Below, one piece after another: positions 1-9,567 of a DNA stretch of 64,000 bases. The stretch is from positions 126,287 through 190,286 of the forward strand of contig CBDATR010000009.1 in the NCBI GenBank assembly GCA_965200155.1. The letters are read 5' to 3'. This DNA is from Nitrosopumilaceae archaeon (GTDB lineage Archaea; Thermoproteota; Nitrososphaeria; Nitrososphaerales; Nitrosopumilaceae). Under the pieces are notes generated by a model. The model saw only the letters and a program-made list of their open reading frames with translations, was not told the origin of the DNA and did no database searches. Position numbers and translations under genes: made by a program. Position 1 is the first letter of the stretch. Each line of letters opens with the position of its first letter.

Positions 1-309
1 GATGCAGATATGCAAAGGCGCCGACTGGAGAGGAACGTGAATAGGCTAGCCACAGGACTAGAGCAGATGGGATTATGTCAGGGACCCCAGACCCACATAA
101 TACCGGTCATGGTAGGAGATGAGCGCAATGCCACGGCTATTTCAGACGAGCTTGCCCGGCGGGGAGTATATGCACGCGCCATTAGATACCCAACAGTGGC
201 GCGGGGCTCTGCACGTATCAGGATATCTGTAACAGCTGCACTATCTGATGATGACATAGATTGCGTACTGGAAGCCTTTGATGGTGTCACATCGAGCATG
301 CGTTCCTAG
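1..309 (+). CDS. bioF: 8-amino-7-oxononanoate synthase family PLP enzyme, C-terminal part (5' end outside window)
   Basis: IIPVMVG, AIRYPTV..G.ARIRISVTA C-terminal motifs of AONS/KBL. Confidence 0.75.
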   Translation, partial: DADMQRRRLERNVNRLATGLEQMGLCQGPQTHIIPVMVGDERNATAISDELARRGVYARAIRYPTVARGSARIRISVTAALSDDDIDCVLEAFDGVTSSMRS

Positions 310-552
310 TCAAAACCGCCAAACATGGGAGACCCGGCAAAGAAGGCTAGAATGATCAGGCTACCTAACACCACACCTACCAAAACCATCCTCTTGTTCA
401 CAAGCGTTGCAAAGTACCGGATAATAAATAGTAAGTCAGGACGTTTCTGCGCAGGCAGGCATGGTGACACCTCATTCCACTCAATAATAGCCATGATGTG
501 CATATCAAGGCAGATTTCTGGATTTATAATGTAGTTCAGATAGTCCTGTTTC

Positions 553-1779
553 ATGACGGCAAGCAAGGAGGTAGAGGTACGGGGACACCTCATAGATTCC
601 ATGATTCTGGCAAAAGTCATGGACAGGGTAATGAATCACAAGGGCAGTTTTGAGTTCATAGACTTCAATGTAGGTACCAAGGTAAGTGACACCAGTTATG
701 CGAAACTTCGCATCATCGGACATGATGAGGCCCATCTCAAGAGCATACTAGATGACATCCACAAGGAAGGCGCAGAAGATATCATGCCAGCTCCCATTAT
801 GCTCATGGAGGCTCCCGATGACATGGTTTTGCCGGTGGATTTCTACAGTACGACCAATAACAAGACGCTACTATTCCATGACGATACATGGATTACCGTT
901 GAGAACCAGATGATGGACAAGTGTATCAGGGTAAGAGGTCATGAGGCCGCGTGTATAACCATACGGGAAGTCAGGAAGGGCGATATGATAGTGTGTGGCG
1001 AGATCGGCATACGGGTGGTACCACCACAACGACCCCGGGAAGAGGCCAACATATTCTCGTTCATGGGGAGTAGTAGCTCCAGCGAGAGGCCAACTCAGCA
1101 TATAGCTAGGCGCGTCGCGGAGAACCTGCTTCGAACCAAGGAGAGGGGCGGCAAGGTCGTGATGGTTGGAGGGCCAGCCATAGTACACACTGGTGCTGCG
1201 CCATCAATAGCATCGCTCATACGCCGAGGTTACATAAACGGGGTTCTGGCAGGAAATGCCCTGGCAGTACACGACATAGAGAATGCCCTATTCGGCACAT
1301 CCTTGGGGATGCATGTCAAGAATGCCACTCTGGCCAGCAAGGGATACAGGAACCACATGGATACTGTGAATGCGGTATTCACTTATGGCTCCATACGAAA
1401 TATGGTAGAGTCGGGCAGACTTAGTAGAGGAATATTCTATGAGTGCATCAAGGCAGATATCCCATTCGTGTTGGCGGGCTCCATAAGAGATGACGGACCA
1501 TTACCGGATGTCATTACCGATGTTGTGGAGGCCCAAAAAGAGTACAAAAAAATAGTAAAAGGCGCAGACATGGTTCTCATGATATCCACCATGCTGCACT
1601 CCATAGCCACGGGGAACATGTTACCGTCCAGTGTTGATATAGTGGCCATGGACATAAACCAGTCCACGGTGACCAAGCTTATTGACCGGGGTACATGGCA
1701 GGCACTGGGTATAGTTACTGATGTGGGTGCATTTCTGCCCCTAGTGGAGCAGATAGTGGTCAGTATGGAATCAGCATAA
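553..1779 (+). CDS. LOR/SDH bifunctional domain protein (TIGR00300-like, putative ornithine cyclodeaminase)
   Basis: GHLIDS N-terminus, FYSTTN, GGPAIVHTG, AGNALAVHDIE, AGSIRDDGPLP. Confidence 0.85.
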   Translation: MTASKEVEVRGHLIDSMILAKVMDRVMNHKGSFEFIDFNVGTKVSDTSYAKLRIIGHDEAHLKSILDDIHKEGAEDIMPAPIMLMEAPDDMVLPVDFYSTTNNKTLLFHDDTWITVENQMMDKCIRVRGHEAACITIREVRKGDMIVCGEIGIRVVPPQRPREEANIFSFMGSSSSSERPTQHIARRVAENLLRTKERGGKVVMVGGPAIVHTGAAPSIASLIRRGYINGVLAGNALAVHDIENALFGTSLGMHVKNATLASKGYRNHMDTVNAVFTYGSIRNMVESGRLSRGIFYECIKADIPFVLAGSIRDDGPLPDVITDVVEAQKEYKKIVKGADMVLMISTMLHSIATGNMLPSSVDIVAMDINQSTVTKLIDRGTWQALGIVTDVGAFLPLVEQIVVSMESA

Positions 1780-1833
1780 TTTGGGGAGCAGTATAATCAT
1801 GGGCACACCCAATGCCCACATTGCAGCATAATA

Positions 1834-3000
1834 TCACGATGTGGCATCTATCTTGTCGCTGGTCTTTTGTGACTCTGTGACGCGATCAGCCCGGCCTTGG
1901 GGGTGCATATCCATCTCAATGATATCACCGCCTATGGTTTTTAGTCCGTCGGCCACTTTTCTACACATTTGTGGATCCGGATCTAGGCCAAGCGTGTTCA
2001 GTAGGTGTGCAGCCCCGCCCGCACCGGTGAGACCGCCAAATACCACACGGCGACGGTTACCCACCATCTCCGGCGGCATTATCTCATAAGCCTCTGGATT
2101 ACGCAGTACTGCGGAAAGGTGTGTCCCCGCCTTGTGCCTGTACGCGGAGGAGCCCACTATAGGCTGGCTCTCCGGTGTTGGAATGCCAGTATACATTTCC
2201 AGATGCTCTGACAAGTCACACAGGTTCCTAAGCCTGAGTCGACGGGAGGACATGTATGAGCGGGCAATTACTACCGCGGCCTCGGCCAATGCGGGTATCC
2301 CATTTCTCTCCCCAATGCCGTTCACCGTTACGTGTATTTGGTCTGCCCCCACGGATACTCCCGCCAGTGAATTGGCCAGAGCCAAGCCCGTATCATTATG
2401 GGTATGTACATCCAGCCCACACCGTACCTCGCGCCTGATCATGGCTACAAACTGGGTCATCTGTTCCGGTACCATGCCGCCAACAGTGTCGGGCAGGCTA
2501 ATCCTGTCCACTCCAGCATCATAGGCAGCGCGGGCCATCTTTATGGCAAAAGCTGGATCCGCCCTAGAACCATCCTCGAGTGTTAGTCGTATACTCATGC
2601 CGTATGACTTGGCACGCTCTATGGCATCAACTGCCCGCCTCTCGGCCTCTTCCCGGCTTATCCGCAGCTTGTCGCGCATGTGTATGTCAGATATTCCGAT
2701 ATATGCGGCGCACCATTTTGCTCCGCAATCTGCATGTATGTCAATGTCTCCAGGCAGTGCCCTGCCGTGGCTGACTACATCAGCTTGTAGCCCAAGGCCA
2801 AGAATGGTCTTGGTGGAAGACTTGTGGATTGGAGATATCACCGGCGATATCTCTATCTGATCCACCCCAAACGCGTCCAGTTCCCACGCAAGCTGGGCGC
2901 GCTGCTTCTCCGTGAAGGTCACGCCAGGGTGCTGCTCCCCCTCTCTTAGCGTACTATCCAACAGACGTATGGGCTCGCCCCGGCCGAAACTGGTTGTCAA
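1834..3000 (-). CDS. Homocitrate/2-isopropylmalate synthase family (DRE-TIM) enzyme
   Basis: LLDSTLREGEQ, LPDTVG, HTHND.GLALAN, GIGERNG. Confidence 0.85.
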   Translation of the reverse strand: MTTSFGRGEPIRLLDSTLREGEQHPGVTFTEKQRAQLAWELDAFGVDQIEISPVISPIHKSSTKTILGLGLQADVVSHGRALPGDIDIHADCGAKWCAAYIGISDIHMRDKLRISREEAERRAVDAIERAKSYGMSIRLTLEDGSRADPAFAIKMARAAYDAGVDRISLPDTVGGMVPEQMTQFVAMIRREVRCGLDVHTHNDTGLALANSLAGVSVGADQIHVTVNGIGERNGIPALAEAAVVIARSYMSSRRLRLRNLCDLSEHLEMYTGIPTPESQPIVGSSAYRHKAGTHLSAVLRNPEAYEIMPPEMVGNRRRVVFGGLTGAGGAAHLLNTLGLDPDPQMCRKVADGLKTIGGDIIEMDMHPQGRADRVTESQKTSDKIDATS

Positions 3001-3050
3001 TATGGACGAATATTATAGGTGATTTAAAAAATCTTTACCCAACCATGTGG

Positions 3051-3133
3051 GTAATCATTTAAGTCGCCCTTGGGCAATCGTCCAAGATATACCGCCAGCA
3101 TGTGTTGATCTTTAACGCGACTCAAACAATTAC
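3051..3133. mobile_element. Degenerate MITE family B (GTAACCGTTTAG-type ends)
   Basis: gtaatcatttaagtcgc...gttgatctttaacgcgactcaaacaattac, homologous to the intact copy at 41720-41860. Confidence 0.55.
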
Positions 3134-3284
3134 ATCGGACATTATGCAAATAGGTCTGCAAGACAACAAAGCACAAAATCCACCACTATCTTGGACTTCC
3201 TGACCGATATGCATAATCTCCAATGTGTAGTTTCTCCAAATTGGGGCAGCATCTGCACTACAGATGTGCAGTAGGAGAAAATAG

Positions 3285-3690
3285 GTATGAGTTCACGTGT
3301 TTTGATCACATAATAAGATAGAATGCATCCCAGTTTTTTAATTATAATTGCATTCTGGCAGCAACCTCGTTCATTACAGAAAGGCCCTGAGCCCTCCATG
3401 TCTGAACACATATGGACATGCGGCGCATGGCCCTTTCACCACCCTTTATCTGACCACTAATCTTGTGGAAAAATGCAGGCGGTGCGGAAAGTACATCCGT
3501 ATCGCTTTCACCACCCTTTATCTGACCACTAATCTTGCGGAATACCACTGCGTATCAGAACCGGTTCCACTGCTCCACTGGATTGTTGGTCGGCGCCACA
3601 CTGTCATATTCTAAGAATACGAACATGCCTGGTATGGCCTTATTCAATCCTTTTACCTTCTTTTGCAGTTCAGTATCATCAACATCATAA
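3285..3690 (-). mobile_element. IS66 right-end fragment containing a repeat-spacer-repeat insertion
   Basis: TIR GTATGAGTTCACGTGTTTTGATCA at 3285; near identical to reverse complement of 6310-6652. Confidence 0.9.
3433..3540. repeat. CRISPR-like unit 1: 36-bp duplication (3433-3468, 3505-3540) flanking a unique 36-bp insert
   Basis: ctttcaccaccctttatctgaccactaatcttg(t/c)gg twice; empty site present in other IS66 copies (e.g. 8049). Confidence 0.9.
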
Positions 3691-3693
3691 TAC

Positions 3694-4385
3694 TAGACCG
3701 TATGCGCAGAATCACTTCTCCCACCCTGCACGTCTAAACCAAGTTTTTAGATACGAACAATTGGCCTAGTATCATGGGTTTTCACATACAGACTCGTGTG
3801 AAACAGAAAAGTTAAGACCTAATTTTGTAGTACCAAGTATGCTAAAAGCAGAAGAACTTACCAAGGAGCAGTTAGCCACAGAGTAATACCGGCTACACAC
3901 CGAGGCCAAAGTAACAAACCTGCGTGGCAAACTTGAGTATGAGTTCACGTCTTCCGGAATCTTGTGCACAAATCACATTAACTGTCGCGATCAGTTGTGC
4001 GTAAATTTAGACACAGGTGAACTCATACAAACTTGAAGCTCAAACAAAGAATGCCCTCGTTTCAAATCTCGATGACATCATAGAACGCAAGGATCAGCTT
4101 CATTCCCTGACCGGATGCACCACGGAAGAGTTCAAATGAATACTAACCAGATTCACAGAATACGTAGAGTCCCTGGAAGGCGATGATGCACGGCGATTCT
4201 TAGAACTTACAAATGATCGCGGGCACGTGAACAAATTTCCCATTAGGCATGTACTCTTAGTTACACTGATACGCCTGCGCTGCAATACAAAGCAGGAGCT
4301 TCTTGCTGCAATACTCAAGATAAACCAGTCAAACATATGCCGTTACATCTAGTTTACAAAGCAGGGACTGATCAAGGCACTCCCA
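3694..4385 (+). pseudogene. IS5-family (ISL2-like) element, left end plus N-terminal HTH half of transposase, with stops and a MITE insertion
   Basis: End tagaccgtatgcgca; from 3839 reads MLKAEEL..LTGCTTEEF*..LLVTLIRLRCN..LAAILKINQSNICRY. Confidence 0.7.
3937..4028. mobile_element. MITE-A (92 bp, IS66-derived)
   Basis: TIR GTATGAGTTCAC; TSD AAACTTGA. Confidence 0.95.
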
Positions 4386-4499
4386 GTATTAGTTCACGTC
4401 TTGTTGGACTGAAACGATAGTCCCCTTGTTGGTCTGGTAAACCAATCCCCCCTGGAACAACTATCAGTCGTGTAAAATGACCAATTACAGAACTTATAC
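4386..4499. mobile_element. Diverged MITE-A-like element
   Basis: gtattagttcacgtctt...gaacttatac ends; different interior. Confidence 0.45.
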
Positions 4500-4524
4500 T
4501 ACCGTTTAGTTCACTCCCATTACG

Positions 4525-4616
4525 GTATGAGTTCACGTCTTCCGGAATCTTATGCACAAATCACATTAACTGTCGCGATCAGTTATGCGTAAATTTAGAC
4601 ACAGGTGAACTCACAC
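4525..4616. mobile_element. MITE-A, left arm of composite 4525-6652
   Basis: Canonical MITE; CCATTACG before it recurs after 6652. Confidence 0.9.
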
Positions 4617-4664
4617 AACCGGTGACCCAATACTGGAATTACCCTATGAGAACAAGGGGAGATA

Positions 4665-4980
4665 GTATGAGTTCACGTGTTTTGATCATTCACTAAGATA
4701 TAGGTATGAGTTCACGTGTTTTGATCATTCACTAAGATATAGATTGGTATGGTAATATTTTACTTAAATACCAAATTTGCAATAAGAATCTAATGAGAAG
4801 ACGCCGGTCCTATAAGGAATTGGAACTGGAAAATAAACTTCTTCAGGATACCCTTGCGTCTACCGAGAAAGATCTTGCACATTACAAGGAACGTGTGAGA
4901 GTATTGGAAGCATATGTGTCCCGCATCATAAAAGAAATACGAAATCTCACACAAGATTTCCAAATTATTAGGAATTATGT
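4665..4980 (+). mobile_element. Two stacked IS66 left-end stubs (4665-4703, 39 bp; 4704-4980, 277 bp)
   Basis: Near-exact duplicates of the start of the element at 4981. Confidence 0.9.
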
Positions 4981-6652
4981 GTATGAGTTCACGTGTTTTG
5001 ATCATTCACTAAGATATAGATTGGTATGACAATATTTTACTTAAATACCAAATTTGCAATAAGAATCTAATGAGAAGACGCCGGTCCTATAAGGAATTGG
5101 AACTGGAAAATAAACTTCTTCAGGATACCCTTGCGTCTACCGAGAAAGATCTTGCACATTACAAGGAACGTGTGAGAGTATTGGAAGCATATGTGTCCCG
5201 CACCACAAAAGAAATACGAAATCTCACACAAGATTTCCAAATTATTAGGAATTATGTAAATGAATTGAATGAGAAATTAGAAGAAAAACAGGGGAAAATT
5301 GCGGTACTCACAACGCGACTTAAATATTATGAGAATGCTCACTCGCCACCATCCCTTCAATCCCTCCAGTACAAGAAGCGAAAACAGGAGGAACAGAAGC
5401 GAAAACAGGGAGATAATAAGCAACAGACAGAAGCCAGTACGAAATCAGCCAAAAAGGCTGGCGCGCAAAAGGGACACAAGGGGGTTTCCCGTTCCCACAA
5501 CCCCGGCAGAGTAGTGCATCACACCTTTGAGTACACACCAATATGTGAGTGCGGCAATATGATGACAAAAATTGGTTGGAAACAACGACACATAACGGAA
5601 TTAATACCAGCCAAAATAGAGGAGACCCTTCATGTGATAGAAATGGCTGCATGCAAGTGCGGCAAAAAACAACTGGCCCCAGCAGCGGGCGTCCCAAAGA
5701 GTGGTAGTTTTGGGGTTCAATTATGTGGTGCCATCACCGCATTACGCGCAGAAAAGATTCCAATAAAACGCATACCTGTAATTTCGAGGGATCTCTTCGG
5801 CCTAAATATATCGGTGGGTGCAGTAAACAACATAATTGCCAGGGCCGCCGATGCATGTGAATCATTTATGGAAACAATTCATGAGAATATAATAAAATCA
5901 CCCAGCATTCATGTGGACGAAACTGGTATATCACTGGCGGGTAGGCGTGGCTGGGTATGGGGGATGCGAGCCGAAGAGTGGATGATGTCCATATATGACA
6001 AAAGTAGGAGTTCAAATGTAGTGAACAAATACCTGAACGGTTACCAGGGAGCGATAGTAACGGACAGGTACGTTGTGTACCGCCGGTTTGATGACGGTGG
6101 GAAGCACCAGTTGTGTTGGGCGCATTTATTGCGCGATACCCAGGCATTACATGCAGGATTCTATATCGATCCCGGTGCTCAGGACGCCCGGATCAAACTT
6201 GACAACGACCTGAAAGGATTGTTCCGGAGCGCACGGGAATCCCTGAATCACTGCGGGCCGTCCGCGCAATTACGACACTCATTTGAGACAGGAGCAGATG
6301 CATCAGTACTGTGATGTTGATGATGCTGAACTACAAAAGAAGGTAAAAGGATTGAATAAGGCCATACCATGCATGTTCGTATTCTTAGAATATGACTGTG
6401 TAGAGCCCACCAACAATCCAGCGGAGCAGTGGAACCGGTTCTGATACGCAGTGGTATTCCGCAAGATTAGTGGCCAGATAAAGGGTGGCGAAAGGGCAAT
6501 GCGCCGCATGTCCACATTCGTATCATGTGTTCAGACATGGAGGGCTCAGGGCCTTTCTGTTATGAACGAGGTTGCTGTCAGAATGCAGTTATAATTAAAA
6601 AAACTGGGATGCATTCTATCTTATTATGTGATCAAAACACGTGAACTCATAC
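4981..6652 (+). mobile_element. IS66-family (ISBst12-type, single ORF) insertion sequence, 1672 bp
   Basis: 24-bp TIRs GTATGAGTTCACGTGTTTTGATCA; TnpC-like ORF only. Confidence 0.9.
5070..6595 (+). pseudogene. IS66 TnpC-like DDE transposase, frameshifted near 6300 and with a stop at the 6430-6442 scar
   Basis: Coiled coil, NAHSPPS, GAQKGHKG, Zn ribbon, IHVDETG, VTDRY, HQLCWAHLLR, then PTNNPAEQ in another frame. Confidence 0.9.
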
Positions 6653-6945
6653 CCATTACGTGCTACTCTTCGCACCATCATACGGTAACATATTACTGAA
6701 CAAAATACACCGAGCTAACTTGCTTCTACCATGTTTAGATGCGCCTACTTAAACAGTTACGGACCATTCCTGTACTACTGAAATGATTTTAACACTTAAT
6801 ATAACCCTCACTTAAGCTTATTAAAACTTATATATTTACCATTGTTGCGATTATATATGGAAGTTTATCAATTAGAAAATAATAAATTAAAAATAATTGA
6901 AGAGGAAAAAACGATCGGGGAAAAAGAAAAAAGGGTACAATCACT

Positions 6946-7037
6946 GTATGAGTTCACGTCTTCCGGAATATTGTGCACAAATCACATTAACTGTCGCGAT
7001 CAGTTATGCGTAAATTTAGACACAGGTGAACTCATAC
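6946..7037. mobile_element. MITE-A, left arm of composite 6946-9567
   Basis: Preceded by CAATCACT, which follows the MITE ending at 9567. Confidence 0.95.
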
Positions 7038-7251
7038 CATAATGCTTCTGTTAACCAAGAATTTTTCATACTTATTTATATAGAATACGGTAAAATCCAA
7101 AAAAAAATCTACCATAACCGAAAAATGCGTGAAATTAAACCCAGTGCATACATGAATCACCTCTGATACATATTATCAGAAGTTGGACGCTCCATTATCT
7201 GGCCACTATGTGATAGATTTAACTTAAATTGGTTATATGTGGTTCTAACAC

Positions 7252-7887
7252 ATGCTAAGGGATCTGCCTCTCAAGCTGGAATATCGCAGTGATGTTGATG
7301 ACATACTTCGTGATTTTTTCTATCCTTGCCTCGAGCAATGTAGTTTGTATTACGAATGTATAAACAAGTTCTCGTTAGATATGCTGATGTCGCTGATAGC
7401 ACACTATAAGCATTTTGCTGCTGGTGATGTTGTAATGAAGATAGTCATGGGTTATAGATTGGATATAAAAGATATTAACACACTGGCTAATATTTATTCT
7501 GGAAATATAAGCAACTCCAAGAATGCAGATAACTTGCGTGTGATTTCAAATCTTTTACAGACAGAAACACTACGATTACGTGTCGCCATTACTGATTTAC
7601 TGGATGAAAATAGTGGCTTTGAGCGCACTGGTATAATTGGAGATAGTAATGGGGATTACGTGGTATTTATTAATGCAGGCAAAGAGTTGTTCCATAAAAA
7701 ATATGAGAATTTTGAGATCGTGGATGTGTTTACCTCGTGGTCTGATACAGACCGAGCCAACCTTAAGATGAAAATGTTTGATCAATTATGGAATAATGAA
7801 CTAAAGCACGCTCAAGTGTATGATTATGATTATGCCACAAAATACAACATACTAAAATATGATTTGGATTGGGTCATAAACGATTGA
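7252..7887 (+). CDS. Stand-alone PLD-like domain related to the N-terminus of SF2 restriction/repair helicases; catalytic residues apparently lost
   Basis: YRSD.DDI..DFFYPCL start, ERTGIIGDSNGD, NFE.VDVFTSW, FDQLWNN. Confidence 0.65.
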   Translation: MLRDLPLKLEYRSDVDDILRDFFYPCLEQCSLYYECINKFSLDMLMSLIAHYKHFAAGDVVMKIVMGYRLDIKDINTLANIYSGNISNSKNADNLRVISNLLQTETLRLRVAITDLLDENSGFERTGIIGDSNGDYVVFINAGKELFHKKYENFEIVDVFTSWSDTDRANLKMKMFDQLWNNELKHAQVYDYDYATKYNILKYDLDWVIND

Positions 7888-7900
7888 CTACGTTAATTGT

Positions 7901-8304
7901 GTATGAGTTCACGTGTTTTGATCATATAATAAGATAGAATACATCCTAGTTTTTTAATTATAATTGCATTCTGGCAGCAACCTCGTTCATTACAGAAAGG
8001 CCCTGAGCCCTCCATGTCCGAACACATATGGACATGCGGCGCATGGCCCTTTCACCACCCTTTATCTGGCCACTAATCTTGCGGAATACCACCGCGTATC
8101 GCAGAGTCTGCTCCGCTGGATTGTTGGTGGGCTCCACACTGTCATATTCTAGGAATACGAACATGCCTGGTATGGCCTTATTCAATCCTTTTGTATGAGT
8201 TCACCTGTGTCTAAATTTACGCACAACTGATCGCGACAGTTAGTGTGATTTGTGCACAAGATTCCGGAAGACGTTAACTCATACATCCTTTTACCTTCTT
8301 TTGC
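7901..8304 (-). mobile_element. IS66 right-end fragment (unscarred, empty site) with MITE-A at 8193-8284
   Basis: Reads PTNNPAEQTLRYAVVFRKISG; MITE TSD ATCCTTTT. Confidence 0.9.
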
Positions 8305-8551
8305 GTATGAGTTCACGTGTTTTGATCATTCACTAAGATATAGATTGGTATGACAATATTTTGCTTAAATACCAAATTTGTGATAAGAATCTAATGAGAA
8401 GACGCCTGTCCTATAAGGAATTGGAACTGAAAAATAAGCTTCTTCAGGATACCCTTGCGTCTACCAAGAAAGAACTTGCACATTACAAGGCAGGGGCCAT
8501 GGGCCGCCTTGTCCTACGTCTTGCGGCTACCGATAAAGATCTTGCACATTA
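8305..8551 (+). mobile_element. IS66 left-end fragment containing a repeat-spacer-repeat insertion
   Basis: TIR at 8305; cttgcg...cttgcacatta duplicated at 8454 and 8520. Confidence 0.85.
8454..8551. repeat. CRISPR-like unit 3: 36-37 bp duplication around a 29-30 bp GC-rich insert; second copy truncated
   Basis: Compare empty sites at 4853 and 5130. Confidence 0.7.
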
Positions 8552-9475
8552 TACCTTATGCGCATGATTGACAATAACAGCCCATGTTGCTTCAAACTGG
8601 GGTGTATTTTATGGCACACAATCAGTCAAGCATGAACAATGTGAATGGCACCTGCCAGCACTAACGTATGCCGTGATTGCAAATGTCATGTAGTGGGGTG
8701 ACCGGATCTTGATGACGTATATCATGAGTGAGCTAAATGGTTACCACAAAACCCATTAATTTAGTGGATTTTCTGATGAGTAATATTCGAATTATAATAA
8801 CACGGAAATTATGGACAGATATTTTTCAAAAATTTCTTGTATCTGGTATGCTTGTGCATAATGTGTAAATTATGCAACCCGGATACTACGAGTAGATCTT
8901 CCCGGAATTCCTCACGACTACCATCATATACCTGACTTAATCTACGATATACCTTTAGCATTCGAATTACATTCTCGATTAATATGCGCCTTTTTGATAC
9001 ATATTGGCTGTATTTCCTTTCAGTTTTAGTGAGTGATTCCCTACCCCTGTATGGAATTATGACCTTTGCGCCGGGTAGGAAGTCTTTCATCCCCTGGTAT
9101 CCTGCATCTGCTATTACTGTTATCTTATCGGATGGTGGCGTGGTTGATTCTTTTAGGGACTTGCCCCATTTGCCGCCAAGGGGAATATCATTCTTGAATA
9201 TGCCATAATCGTGTCTTTTTCCCTCATATACTCCACTTACGTGAATTATCAGTCTTTTCTTGTTTGATGTTATCTGTACGTTATACGTGTGGGTTTTTTG
9301 TTTACCAGAGTACATTGCCTCCTGATTTTTTTCAGGACGTTGTACGCGTACATGTGTCCCGTCAGTCTTTATCTCCCCTCCGGCTCGACCGGGAACAATT
9401 TCCTTAAAGTCGGGTGTTGACTTGATTTGTGATATTGCTTTTGCAACGGTATCGGCCGTTGGAAGTATCTTGATC
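8550..9475 (-). pseudogene. IS5-family (ISL2-like) element, DDE C-terminal half plus right end
   Basis: IKTDGTHVRVQRP, YSGKQKTH, GKRHD, IADAGYQG, RILIENVIRMLK. Confidence 0.85.
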
Positions 9476-9567
9476 GTATGAGTTCACGTCTTCCGGAATC
9501 TTGTGCACAAATCACATTAACTGTCGCGATCAGTTGTGCGTAAATTTAGACACAGGTGAACTCATAC
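9476..9567. mobile_element. MITE-A, right arm of composite 6946-9567
   Basis: Followed by CAATCACT. Confidence 0.95.

Noticed and set aside
3274-3284. GGAGAAAATAG before both the 3285 IS end and the 10011 MITE
   Set aside because: The 10011 MITE already has its own TSD; chance or target preference cannot be distinguished.
3694-9475. IS5 halves as one element split by an inversion
   Set aside because: The halves overlap by about 16 bp with 3 mismatches, and the C-half lies inside a TSD-bounded composite; they are probably two copies.
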